Both the position numbers and the translations under genes were made by a program. A DNA stretch of 64,000 bases from a virus: positions 1 through 64,000 of IMG/VR virus record IMGVR_UViG_3300042691_044733; one strand, given 5' to 3'. How positions within the stretch are numbered: position 1 is the first letter of the stretch; the number at the start of each line of letters is the position of its first letter. This document shows, piece by piece, positions 1-9,982 of this stretch. The notes beneath the pieces are model-generated. The model had not been told where the DNA came from and ran no database searches. It worked only from the letters and a program-made list of their open reading frames with translations.

Positions 1-1
1 T

Positions 2-400
2 GCATATTGGGATAAAGCACTGGATCCATACAAAAAAAATTTGCAGTTTGTTAATTCTACTGAATTACAGGAGTATCTTAACAGTGTTGAACCATCCAAA
101 TGTGCTGTATGCGCACGTGGTGCTATCATGTGTTCTACAATCCGTTTAGGCAATAAATTATCCTTTGCTAAACATAATAGTTCATGTATGAATGGAATTG
201 CTGAGTCTGTGGACAAATTAAAAAGTCTTACTGCATTTTCTACAGATTCTTTAAGAAGAATGGAAGCTGAATATGAATCTTCTAATTATAATCATCCGTT
301 TGCACATAATACAAGGAATAAACTTATGAATATTCTTTGTAATATACTGGTTAACGGGGATTTTAATGAAAAGGATAAAACCAATTACCTTATATCATGA
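2..400 (+). CDS. Hypothetical protein, 5'-truncated by the window edge; paralog of 6147..6584
   Basis: Frame is open from base 2. Shares a C-A-V-(C/G) motif and L.R.E..(Y/F)E with 6147..6584. Confidence 0.7.
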   Translation, partial: AYWDKALDPYKKNLQFVNSTELQEYLNSVEPSKCAVCARGAIMCSTIRLGNKLSFAKHNSSCMNGIAESVDKLKSLTAFSTDSLRRMEAEYESSNYNHPFAHNTRNKLMNILCNILVNGDFNEKDKTNYLIS

Positions 401-1185
401 TAAAAGTAAACATTGAGAAAGAGATCCAAACCTTATCACGTCCTGATGAAAGTTTATTGAGATCTGCACAACAATTACTCATTACTTAGGGTGAAAAGGA
501 TTTAGAAATACTTAGAGCGGCAGGTCTTGATCACCATATCAGACAAGCAGCAAAAGATCATGCTAAATTACTTGTTCATGCTGAGATTTCTAAAGAATAT
601 GGAGTAGAAATTGTTACTGGTGAGGATATTAAGAAATTGTGTGTTAAATACAGACTTAAGTTTCTTCCGAGTAAGTGTTATAATGGTGCTATTCCACCCG
701 AACTTGGATCAATTATATCAAGATTTGTTGACAAACTACATGTTCCTAATAAAGAATATGCTATATCAAAGAATCTTTATATAATGGCACCTAAAGAAGC
801 ATTTAACATTGTTTCTTATGAAATACCAAGTCCAAAGGATCCTGTTCTATTCTATAAGTTTAGTACTACAGAAGGTGAGTACTATGCAGTTCTAAGAAAA
901 TGGGGTAATGATTTCACCATTTTTAGAAGAATTCAGGGAATGATCTTTAAGAACCAGATTTCTTACATGAGATGGTTCTTTATGACTAAGTTTATACTTG
1001 GTCTATCTGTTTTGTTTTTGTGTACTTCAAGTTTAAATTGGTTTGTTGGTCTTTCTGCATTATATACTCTTGTTATTACTGTAATGAGAATTGCATTACA
1101 TGATGATGCTTTAGATCCTTACTTTAGTGAGGAAGGATATAATCAGGAAACAGAACCGAAAATTTATCATTTCATAAAACCATGA
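397..1185 (+). pseudogene. Membrane-anchored hypothetical protein interrupted by one in-frame TAG (487-489)
   Basis: ATG397 overlaps the previous stop (ATGA). Frame is open to 1185 except for TAG487. DPVLF..KWGND motif is shared with 13084..13968. Confidence 0.65.
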
Positions 1186-1523
1186 AACATTTCTATTACT
1201 TTCTTTTATGTTCTTTCATATTTTTTGGATTCACATATGTAAAGGATTGTCAAACAAACTTAGAAATTGAAGAAGATATTACTATTAAAATTGCAGAGAG
1301 AGATCAAATAACTCCTGAATTTTACAAGTTAAATCTTCTTGATCAATCTAAGGTTAAACAAATACATGATGATAACAGATCTACTACAGCTGTTGTCCCA
1401 GTTAGAATTTCTTATGAAAAATCATTTTTTTATAAGAAGGAAATAAAACGGGACACTATATGGTATGGTCTTAAGAAGTTTCATGTATATGATTATTCTT
1501 GTATGTGTAACAAAAAATTATAA
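1182..1523 (+). CDS. Hypothetical protein with N-terminal hydrophobic segment
   Basis: ORF track; ATGA coupling with the upstream gene. Confidence 0.65.
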   Translation: MKHFYYFLLCSFIFFGFTYVKDCQTNLEIEEDITIKIAERDQITPEFYKLNLLDQSKVKQIHDDNRSTTAVVPVRISYEKSFFYKKEIKRDTIWYGLKKFHVYDYSCMCNKKL

Positions 1524-2600
1524 ACCCATTTTAGATTATCAATCCAAAAGTGAGATACATTTAGAGTGGGTTTACTGTAATTCACACAAAAAACAGCGGG
1601 TAATGAACCTGAAATATTGGTAGCGAGTAGTGCACCCGTAAAGTGTGAATATTATTAACATTAATGGTGGTTGCTAACCTAGTACAGCTAAAACAGGAAT
1701 TGCTGTATGAAAACTCAACTTTAGTGACGTTTAGTTGTTTAATATTGTTTCTGTAACAGGTTGAATGGTAAATTTCAGTTCCATTAGAGGATTGGACTAG
1801 AAGGCTTAGATAACGAAACTTCTGGAATTTACTTTCTGTTATCCAAATATATACTTAACAAAAGGAATCCCCAATTTTTGTGGTGAACTTGGAACCGATG
1901 CATAGGAACTGTATATATGAGTATAAACATAAAACCAAGGATATATTCTTACAAGTCAATAAGAATGAAGATATTCCACGTACCAGTGAAGCAAGTGAAC
2001 AACCACTTGTGGAAGGGTTTTTAAAATTCACATTCATGTTTTTCAATTTTTAAAACTTACACTCTATAACTTTGGTCGGTTATAGGGTATGAATTTAAGA
2101 AATTGCTGCAATTTATAATCCGAAAGGGTTACTAGGCTAAACAAAACTTGACCAACAGTAGGATAATATACTGTTAGTTTTGTGATGCCTATTGCAGCCA
2201 GTTTGAATAGATTCTGTAAAATCTATTGGTGTTTAAGCTGTTCACCAACCACAGTCAATCATATATTAGAGATTATCCTCTCCTGTATGGTATTAGATCT
2301 TAACGTCTAATAAAAAAACTTAATAACTTCACAAGTCATTGAGTGCACCAGTTTCTTTGATGAAATGGAAGTACATGCGTATCGGCAAAATAATCTGATT
2401 GAATGTGAATTATAGGAAAATACTGTTTAACAGCTAGTACATGATAATTCACATCAGTAAATAAACCTACATGTATAATATCAAAGTTTTAGGTGTAAAA
2501 CACATTTATATGGTTAATGTATTTGGTGTGATTATGAGTATCCAGGATGCTCATGATTATGACTTTAAGTAAGAATACTTAGAGTTAATGCTATTTTTAC

Positions 2601-2625
2601 AGGGCTATTCATTTAGCCCTTTTTT
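2601..2625 (+). terminator. Rho-independent terminator-like hairpin
   Basis: AGGGCTA-ttcatt-TAGCCCT followed by a T run. Confidence 0.55.
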
Positions 2626-2897
2626 ATTAATGCACCATAACTCACGTAGATATAAAGACTTCTTAGTGCAATGGCTTCAGCCCAAACAAGTATTAAGGTG
2701 AAATACTTAATAGCTAAGATGTGAAACTACCTGATTAGTTAGATGTAAGTGAGCAAGCCTTAAAGGTGATTGTGCTTCTCCTAATCAGCTCCCAAGGGTG
2801 AGCAGTTGTAAATACTATTGAACTTCATTTATGAAGCTATTCTACAGTCTGTAAACACATAAGTCAGGCTATTACAACTGAGTGCAGAGGGATAATG
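2623..2897 (+). ncRNA. Twister ribozyme (type P1) with enlarged P3 and P5
   Basis: TAATGCACC (2628-2636), L4 TCCCAAGG (2790-2797) and GTGCAGAGGGA (2882-2892). P2 is TGCA/TGCA, pseudoknots are TCCC/GGGA and CC/GG, P5 is CAGTTGTAA/TTACAACTG. Confidence 0.7.
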
Positions 2898-2920
2898 TAC
2901 CTATGATTTTTCAAATAAAA

Positions 2921-2952
2921 TTTGGAATCATAGGTACTTTTTCATATATTTG
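2921..2952 (+). promoter_or_regulatory. Bacteroidota-type sigma70 promoter (-33 TTTG, -7 TATATTTG)
   Basis: TTTG-N20-TATATTTG lies 15 nt upstream of the HNH ATG and overlaps the hairpin GTACCTATGATT/AATCATAGGTAC. Confidence 0.65.
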
Positions 2953-2967
2953 TAAAAAATACAATAT

Positions 2968-3465
2968 ATGAAACAAATTTTTGAATCACCTTATTACATT
3001 GATGAACAAGGAATTGTTTATACACACAAATTAAAGGTCAAACAAACATATTTATCAAACTCTGGATATAAGTATGTGGTTTTGAGAATTAATGGTAAAA
3101 ATAAATGTTATTATAATCATAGATTAGTAGCATTACATTACTTATTAAATCCTAATAATTATCCTCAAGTTAATCATATTGATGGTAATAAGCTCAATAA
3201 CAATTTAGATAATTTAGAATGGTGTAATAATAGCATGAACTCTATTCATGCTTTCAAAAACAAATTGAGAACAGCTCCTAAACATTTATATAAAAAAGGA
3301 GAAGATAGTTCTAATTCTAAATTAACTGAGCAACAAGTAAGAGAAATAAAATCAAAGCTTCAACAAAAATATAAAATGGTTGATCTTTGTAAAGAATATA
3401 AAGTACATATAAATACAATTAAACGTATTAAAGGAAACATTACTTGGAGTCATATTACTATATGA
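2968..3465 (+). CDS. HNH homing endonuclease
   Basis: HRLVA...VNHIDGNKLNNNLDNLEW motif; C-terminal HTH-like region. Confidence 0.9.
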   Translation: MKQIFESPYYIDEQGIVYTHKLKVKQTYLSNSGYKYVVLRINGKNKCYYNHRLVALHYLLNPNNYPQVNHIDGNKLNNNLDNLEWCNNSMNSIHAFKNKLRTAPKHLYKKGEDSSNSKLTEQQVREIKSKLQQKYKMVDLCKEYKVHINTIKRIKGNITWSHITI

Positions 3466-3721
3466 TTGCAGTGGTGAACAAAGCCTGTTATTTTTATTTA
3501 AATTGAAAAAAACTAATCTATTATGGATGAAGAATTAAAACAAATTGAATCTAAGATTGATAATCTTATTTTTAACATTGAAAAGTGTGAAGTAATTCTT
3601 TTTCAATTAGAAATAAAAGAAAAATATTTAAAATCAAAAAAAATATGTCTAAAGAATAAATGTTCATGGTGCATGCGTTAAGTGATTAAATCATGAACTA
3701 AAATTACAAAAACAAAACATT

Positions 3722-4441
3722 ATGAAAACAATTGTAATTGGAGATATTCATGGTAGAACTGTTTGGAAAAAAATAGTTAACCAATATTTTGATAAATTTA
3801 TTTTTATTGGTGATTATGTTGATACTCATGAAAGTATTACTCCAAATCAACAATTAGAAAATCTTTTAGATATTATTGAGTTTAAAAAAAGAAATCCCGA
3901 CAAAGTAATTTTGTTATGGGGAAATCATGATCATCATTATTTAAATGTTGGGGAACGTTATTCTGGTTTTCAATCTGTTATGTTTCCTACATTTAATTAT
4001 ATTTATAAACAAAATATAGAACTATTTCAGATGGTTCATATTCAAGATAATATATTATTTTCACATGCTGGATTATCTAAAGTATGGTGTGATAATAATG
4101 ATGTAATCATTAATGAAAATCTTGAACAACAAATTAATGAACTGTTCTATGGCAGACCAAGTGTATTTAATTTTACAGGTAGAGACATATATGGAGATTC
4201 TCATGAATCTAATCCTATATGGATTAGAGAAAAATCTTTATCTGAATCTAAAATACCTGGTTATGTTTTTGTTGTTGGTCATACAACAAAAATACAACTT
4301 GCTCAAAGAGGATTTTTAATTAGTAATCATGATGGTTATAAAATATTAGATCCTAATATTTGGATGATAGATACTTTAGGAACTTCTAAAGAGTATCTAG
4401 TTATTGAAAATAACCAATTTAAAGTTTATAAATATGAGTAA
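3722..4441 (+). CDS. Calcineurin-like metallophosphoesterase
   Basis: GDIHG, GDYVD, GNHD, HAG and GHT motifs. Confidence 0.9.
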   Translation: MKTIVIGDIHGRTVWKKIVNQYFDKFIFIGDYVDTHESITPNQQLENLLDIIEFKKRNPDKVILLWGNHDHHYLNVGERYSGFQSVMFPTFNYIYKQNIELFQMVHIQDNILFSHAGLSKVWCDNNDVIINENLEQQINELFYGRPSVFNFTGRDIYGDSHESNPIWIREKSLSESKIPGYVFVVGHTTKIQLAQRGFLISNHDGYKILDPNIWMIDTLGTSKEYLVIENNQFKVYKYE

Positions 4442-4622
4442 AATTGTAAAATCACATAGATATGACATTAATAATGTTTGTATAAAATGTGGGGTAACTA
4501 GAATGAAAAAACCAATAGTCGGAAAAGGTTTTAATCCAATGCTTGTAGGAAAATATTCTATTCTTTACTCTAAAGATGGTGTTAATTTTCAAAAGGAGCA
4601 TATTGAATGTAAAAATATCTAA
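4434..4622 (+). CDS. Small hypothetical protein (CxxC)
   Basis: ORF track, start moved to ATG4434. Confidence 0.5.
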   Translation: MSKIVKSHRYDINNVCIKCGVTRMKKPIVGKGFNPMLVGKYSILYSKDGVNFQKEHIECKNI

Positions 4623-4666
4623 ATCATATAGAAAGGATATTTTTTAACTTTTAAACTTTAAATAAA

Positions 4667-5206
4667 ATGGATGAAGAATGGAAAGATATTACTGGATATG
4701 AAGGTTTATATCAAATAAGTAATAGAGGTAAAGTTAAAAGTTTTCATAGAAGTGTAAACGGCAGCATAATAAAAAATCATGTTGATTCTGGTGGTTATTT
4801 GTTTATTCAGTTAAAATGTAAAAATAAACTCACTAAACACTTTAGTATTCATAGATTAGTAGCTCTACATTTTATTGAAAACTTAAATAATAAACCTCAA
4901 GTTAATCACAAGGATGGTAATAAAACTAATAATCATGTTGATAATTTGGAATGGGTTACATCAAAAGAAAATATACAACATTCAATACAAACAGGTTTAA
5001 CTGATATATCAAGAAAATCAGTTAAAGAAACATGTTCTAAACCTATTTTACAATATTCAAAAGATAATATTTTTATTAAAGAATATGTTTCTATTATAGA
5101 GGCTGCTACAGAAAACAATTTAAGTATTGCAAACATTAGTAGATGTTGTAATAATAAATATGGTTATAAAACTTGTGGTGGATTTATTTGGAAATTTAAG
5201 ATATAA
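4667..5206 (+). CDS. NUMOD4-HNH-NUMOD1 homing endonuclease
   Basis: EEWKDITGYEGLYQISNRG; HRLVA..VNHKDGNKTNN; C-terminal ISRCC...GGFIW. Confidence 0.9.
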   Translation: MDEEWKDITGYEGLYQISNRGKVKSFHRSVNGSIIKNHVDSGGYLFIQLKCKNKLTKHFSIHRLVALHFIENLNNKPQVNHKDGNKTNNHVDNLEWVTSKENIQHSIQTGLTDISRKSVKETCSKPILQYSKDNIFIKEYVSIIEAATENNLSIANISRCCNNKYGYKTCGGFIWKFKI

Positions 5207-5607
5207 GTTTTTGATATTTTACCTTTGTGAATTAAAAGTTAAAAGTGAAAGAAATCTATTTTAGTACAATTAAGTACGAACTTCTTTTGAAGCCTAATTC
5301 ATATAAAAAGTTGTAGTAAGAACCCCAAGAAAGTCAGCCAGCAATGGTTACTGTAGATGGTTAAAGATTCTATTAAAGTAGGATGTACTGAACTATCTTT
5401 TGAAAAGGTTGAACAGATTTACAATTACATGAAAGAACTTCAAAAAAAACAAGTAATTTAAAATATTAATTGTTGTAATGTCTCCCGAAGTTGTCAAACG
5501 GGGATTGAAGCAGAAATAGTATTTAAATACATGAGTGTACAAACGACAAATTAGTACATAGAAATATTATTTAGATTTACAACAATTTTTTTAATTTATT
5601 AATTATT

Positions 5608-6150
5608 ATGGAATATTTACTGTTAAAAGTAGAATTTGTTATCTTACCCTCAAAAGAACCAAGTGATTTTGAAGTTTTTACTTATATAGGTGAAAATGGA
5701 AAAGACTTTACAAGAGTTCATAAACGAGTTAGTAAAAAGTTAACTCCTAAAAGTTGTAATTTTTATTTTCTTGTAGAAGATCCTATAAAACCTGGAAATT
5801 ATATTGTATTTAACAATGAACCAGTTTTGATAAAAAGTGAGGAGCATTTATCTACTTTTGTAAATCCAAAAAAAATACTTGCAAGTACAGATGCAAAATT
5901 GATTAATTTTTGTTCTGAAGTAGATCCAGATCTTAAAATTTATGGAATTCACCCTAATTTCACAAATTTATTGCAAAAATTTGAAGAAATATTATCTGTA
6001 GAGGTTTATTATGAAGATATTTTAGTATTTGGTTGTGATCCTCAAACTGGAGAATGGAAAGATTTACCTGTAAGAAATTATCTTTTAAATAGTTATTATG
6101 GATTTACAAAAGGAAGAATAACAAAAAACAAGAAAATAATCAAAACATGA
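5608..6150 (+). CDS. Hypothetical phage protein (KIIAST/D-type family)
   Basis: KKILASTD motif resembles 16134..16676 and 18517..19098. Confidence 0.65.
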   Translation: MEYLLLKVEFVILPSKEPSDFEVFTYIGENGKDFTRVHKRVSKKLTPKSCNFYFLVEDPIKPGNYIVFNNEPVLIKSEEHLSTFVNPKKILASTDAKLINFCSEVDPDLKIYGIHPNFTNLLQKFEEILSVEVYYEDILVFGCDPQTGEWKDLPVRNYLLNSYYGFTKGRITKNKKIIKT

Positions 6151-6584
6151 CACCAAGAATTCAAAAAGCAATAGATATATTTCTAGATGCTATCAATACA
6201 GGTAACCTTGCTAAAGGAATCTGCTCTAAATGTGCTGTAGGTAACCTTTGCGGAGGAAGTTTTTATTGGGGGAAGCTTTTTCACACTGTTGATGGGTATC
6301 AAATAATTGTAGACGAGAAAACAATCTATAAACGTTATGCTGAATTAGCTAAAAAAGATATTGAAAAAACTGATTTTTCATTAAAAGAACTTATGAGAAT
6401 TGAGCAAGCTTTTGAATGCAATACACGGATTCACTGTTCTGATTACGATAAGTGTTCTAAAGAAGAAATTCTAAAGGATCAGGTTGCTGGTTTAAAAGCA
6501 GTAATTGAGGTAATGATGACTTTTGATGATGTTAAAGTTGACATTCAAAAAGAGTTTGTTGATAAAGTTTTAGTAACCGTTTAA
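6147..6584 (+). CDS. Hypothetical protein
   Basis: ORF track; CAVGN motif; ATGA coupling. Confidence 0.7.
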   Translation: MTPRIQKAIDIFLDAINTGNLAKGICSKCAVGNLCGGSFYWGKLFHTVDGYQIIVDEKTIYKRYAELAKKDIEKTDFSLKELMRIEQAFECNTRIHCSDYDKCSKEEILKDQVAGLKAVIEVMMTFDDVKVDIQKEFVDKVLVTV

Positions 6585-6593
6585 ATCACAAAA

Positions 6594-6830
6594 ATGATAC
6601 ATTTTATAATTTACTTAATTGGATTTCTTATTTGTTATAGATATATTAAGAAATCAATCCGTCATGATAATAATGATTGGTCTGATGTATTTGCAACTTT
6701 TTTGTTTTCATTGGGATCTTTTTACATGTGTATTATTTTATACGTGTTTAATTATTTTGAAGACAAAGAAATTAAATTTAATGAAACAATGAAAGAACTT
6801 TTCAAAAGAGATCCTCCAAAATGGATGTAA
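6594..6830 (+). CDS. Small membrane protein
   Basis: Two hydrophobic segments. Confidence 0.6.
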   Translation: MIHFIIYLIGFLICYRYIKKSIRHDNNDWSDVFATFLFSLGSFYMCIILYVFNYFEDKEIKFNETMKELFKRDPPKWM

Positions 6831-6861
6831 AAACATTTATAAATTGTAAAAAAAATAAAAA

Positions 6862-7209
6862 ATGAATCCTCTTTTAAAAACAATAATTGGAATAACTTTT
6901 CTTTTAGTTTTTATTTGCTGTTGGGAGGCATGTAATAAACAAATAATAACTGCAAAAGTTATCAATCTTCAGCAAATAAACTTGTTTGAAGGTTCTCAAA
7001 ATGGTTTGAGAACAAATGTAAGATATTTGATAATTACAGACAAAGAAACTTTTGTTTGTGAAAATTCTATAGCTCATATGAAATTTAATAATTCTGATAT
7101 ATTTTTCAGATTAAAACAAGATTCAACTTATCAATTTGAAGTTGTTGGATTTGGAAAATCATTTTTGACGGATTATAAAAATGTTTTGAGTATTAAAAGT
7201 ATTCCCTAA
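6862..7209 (+). CDS. Membrane-anchored hypothetical protein
   Basis: N-terminal TM segment followed by a beta-rich domain. Confidence 0.65.
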   Translation: MNPLLKTIIGITFLLVFICCWEACNKQIITAKVINLQQINLFEGSQNGLRTNVRYLIITDKETFVCENSIAHMKFNNSDIFFRLKQDSTYQFEVVGFGKSFLTDYKNVLSIKSIP

Positions 7210-7287
7210 CGAGGGATGTATTCAAGTGTTATTCGAAAAGTAATAAAAGGGAATTTATTTTCCCTTTTATTTTTAATTTATTCTTTT

Positions 7288-7725
7288 ATGGAAAAGCTAT
7301 TTGTTACAATAAAACAAGCAATTGAACTTGAAAAAATAGGATTTAATGAATCCTGTTTTGGATATTATGAAAAAACAAGTGAAAATTTAATAATTTTTTA
7401 CGATAACAGTTTATTAAACATGTTGCCAGAAGAAAGATATGTTAATAATAGTTATTGTTTTTTATCAAATCAAAACAAAAGTTTACCTCAATGGGCTGTT
7501 TCTGCACCAATACATGCCCAGGTTTTTGATTTTTTTGAAAAATTGGGTTATTATGTTGAAAAAAAAGTAAATTCAGATTTAGAATATATTTTTTCAGAGT
7601 TTTCTATTAAAAAAGATAATGTGACTCTTTTAGAAACTATAAAAGGAGATTGTTCTGAAACAAATAATACTGAGAAACTAGTTATAGATTCATTGATTAA
7701 TTTTTATAATAAAGCAAAAGAATAA
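7288..7725 (+). CDS. Hypothetical protein (GFNE.C..YY / AP..Q.F.(W/F)F family)
   Basis: Paralog of 15031..15396; likely start MEKLF. Confidence 0.65.
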   Translation: MEKLFVTIKQAIELEKIGFNESCFGYYEKTSENLIIFYDNSLLNMLPEERYVNNSYCFLSNQNKSLPQWAVSAPIHAQVFDFFEKLGYYVEKKVNSDLEYIFSEFSIKKDNVTLLETIKGDCSETNNTEKLVIDSLINFYNKAKE

Positions 7726-7736
7726 AAATTTTGATT

Positions 7737-8114
7737 ATGAGATTTGATAAAATTTATATAACTTTTGAGCAATCTAAAAATTTAAATATTGATGATTTTA
7801 TGATATCTACAGTATTTAATTCTAAAGGAGAATCTGGTACTGTTTCTCCAGTTTTTAGAAGATTAAGTCAAAAAAAAGATGTTTATTATCCTAGATTGCA
7901 ACAATGGGAATTAGTTAAATGATTTTGTATAAAACATAATATTTGGATTAGTATTATACCACCAAGACCTAGAAAATTAGAAAAATGGGGTTTTTATATT
8001 ACTAATGCAGATAATGAAGATAAATTCTACTATGAAAATAGAGGATATAATTCTGATGAAGATGCATATTCTGCTGCTTTTGATTTTTGTTTTCAACATA
8101 TTTTAAAAAAGTAA
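7737..8114 (+). pseudogene. Paralog of 15031..15396 with in-frame TGA (7920-7922) at a Trp-equivalent position
   Basis: Reads ...PRLQQWELVK*FCIKHNIWISI...YNSDEDAYSAAFDF; frame is open after the TGA until TAA8112-8114. Confidence 0.65.
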
Positions 8115-8118
8115 TTTT

Positions 8119-8316
8119 ATGAGTAGTAATTTAAAAACAAATAGTTCTTTTTTGGAATTACAAAAACGTTTTAATTCTGATTTATTTATTGACAACGTTT
8201 GTTTCAGTTATAGACATGATTTTGGATTGCTTTCTCATGAGGAAAAAGAAAAGTTAAGATTTGAATGCCGAGAATGGATGAGAGCAATTTCAAACAACTA
8301 CAAATATTTTAAATAA
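8119..8316 (+). CDS. Hypothetical protein
   Basis: ORF track. Confidence 0.6.
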   Translation: MSSNLKTNSSFLELQKRFNSDLFIDNVCFSYRHDFGLLSHEEKEKLRFECREWMRAISNNYKYFK

Positions 8317-8323
8317 TAATTTT

Positions 8324-8719
8324 ATGGAAAAACCAAAAAGTAAAATAATTTCTTTGTCTGAAAAAGATATTGAAGTTTTAAAACTAGAATATCATGAATC
8401 TGGATTAAATGAAAAACAATTAGCTAGTAAATATGGTTTTTCTTTAAAATTATTAAGACAAATAATTTTTGATAAAATTACTACCAATGAAAAATTGTTA
8501 GTAAAAGATAAAAAAGTTACAAAACCAAAAAAAATATTAGAAAGATATTGCAAATATTGTGCTAAAGCATTGAGTGGTTCTACAAAAAGTCTTTTTTGTG
8601 AAGAACATAAGAACCCTAAGAAAAGAACAATATTTACAGAGAAGTTCAATTACATTGAAAATCATAAGATTAATGTTAGTTTTTCAAAACCAAATTTACA
8701 GTATTACGATAGTATTTAA
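8324..8719 (+). CDS. Putative DNA-binding protein (HTH-like plus Cys cluster)
   Basis: GLNEKQLASKYGFS; CKYC...FCEEH. Confidence 0.55.
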   Translation: MEKPKSKIISLSEKDIEVLKLEYHESGLNEKQLASKYGFSLKLLRQIIFDKITTNEKLLVKDKKVTKPKKILERYCKYCAKALSGSTKSLFCEEHKNPKKRTIFTEKFNYIENHKINVSFSKPNLQYYDSI

Positions 8720-8721
8720 CG

Positions 8722-8797
8722 TGCAGAGGGGAGAAACGGTTTCCTCGTGAGGTTCATATTCTCAAGACATTGGGTTCGATTCCCATCTCTGCACCCA
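8722..8797 (+). tRNA. tRNA-Met(CAT), initiator-like body
   Basis: TGCAGAG/CTCTGCA acceptor, TGAGG-TTCATAT-TCTCA anticodon arm, GGTTCGATTCC T arm, CCA end. Confidence 0.8.
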
Positions 8798-8812
8798 AAT
8801 TAACCAAAAATT

Positions 8813-9088
8813 ATGAAAATCATTTTTAAGTACAGAATCAAAAAAGATGGAGAAACAAAAACTTTGGGATTTCATGGATCTGAAGCATGTGAAGTAGTTA
8901 CTTCAATGAATGCAAAGGTTTATAATCTTGAAGAACACGAGGTAGAAATCATGAAAGAAATGATCAGCAACAATCTGAAATATGCTCTTGGACATCCTAA
9001 GTTTCATGATCCAAAGTTTGCTGGTAGAAAATTTAGTGATATTACTGTAGAAGCAGAAAGGGTATTTGTACGTGCTACAGTAGAATAA
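8813..9088 (+). CDS. Hypothetical protein
   Basis: ORF track. Confidence 0.7.
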   Translation: MKIIFKYRIKKDGETKTLGFHGSEACEVVTSMNAKVYNLEEHEVEIMKEMISNNLKYALGHPKFHDPKFAGRKFSDITVEAERVFVRATVE

Positions 9089-9211
9089 AAAAACAATTAA
9101 ACTTCAATAAATGGCTCTTAATTTACGTGTTGTTTTGATTTTTCTAAGCTTTTCCATTTATTGTGCATAACTAAGTTTTATATAAAAAACGTTTTAAAAT
9201 TTTATAAGTTT

Positions 9212-9520
9212 ATGAAAAAATTACTAATTATATTAGCTTTATTTGCTTCATGTAAGCAGGTAAACAAAAAAGAAAATTCCTCTAATGAACCAACGGAAAT
9301 TATTTTTCCGAGGAATCAGTGTTTTCACAGAGGTCATAATTATGTTTTAAAAGCTTCTGATAATCATGATTATTTGATAGTAAAATATGATTTAAATGAT
9401 GAGCAAATTAGCCATTACATAGAATGCAGACATTGTCAAAACAAAAAAGATCTTGAAAAATTAAAAAACACTCAAAATGAAAGTTTTGGATTATCTGAAT
9501 CAGAACAAACATCTTATTGA
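9212..9520 (+). CDS. Putative lipoprotein
   Basis: MKKLLIILALFASC lipobox-like signal. Confidence 0.6.
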   Translation: MKKLLIILALFASCKQVNKKENSSNEPTEIIFPRNQCFHRGHNYVLKASDNHDYLIVKYDLNDEQISHYIECRHCQNKKDLEKLKNTQNESFGLSESEQTSY

Positions 9521-9749
9521 AAGATTCAAGATTATTCCTGAATCAGTTCTACAAGAAGAGTATAATAAAAAAACTCTGACTCTTATTTATCACATTTACA
9601 TGTATTATGATACTTCATTAGGTGAAGAACTTATTGAAATTCTTTCAAGTGTACATGGTGATAAAATTTATGAAGATATTTCTGACATGTATTCTTATAG
9701 AATAAATAAAAATGTCATTGAACATAATTCATTAATTTATCTAAATTAA
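9477..9749 (+). CDS. Hypothetical protein
   Basis: ORF track. Confidence 0.55.
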   Translation: MKVLDYLNQNKHLIERFKIIPESVLQEEYNKKTLTLIYHIYMYYDTSLGEELIEILSSVHGDKIYEDISDMYSYRINKNVIEHNSLIYLN

Positions 9750-9982
9750 ACCAGATGTTTACTAAAACCATTATTGAAAGGGGAAATTTCAGAAAAATGA
9801 GGAAAATTTTTAAAAATTCTGAACAAACAGATTGTAAAATTTACAAATCTGTTAACAACCCTAAAAACTGTTTGATAGTAAAGGAAACTACAGCAAACAG
9901 GTAAGCCTAACATATCGGGTATGAAGAAAGATATGTAAGAAATGTGTTGTAGTTTCCTCTATAAACACTTTTTATTAACAAC

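Noticed and set aside
5468-5587. Hairpin ribozyme (GTC, GAA, AGAAATA and ATATTAT words)
   Set aside because: Loop A spacing is wrong and helices 2 and 3 cannot be formed convincingly.
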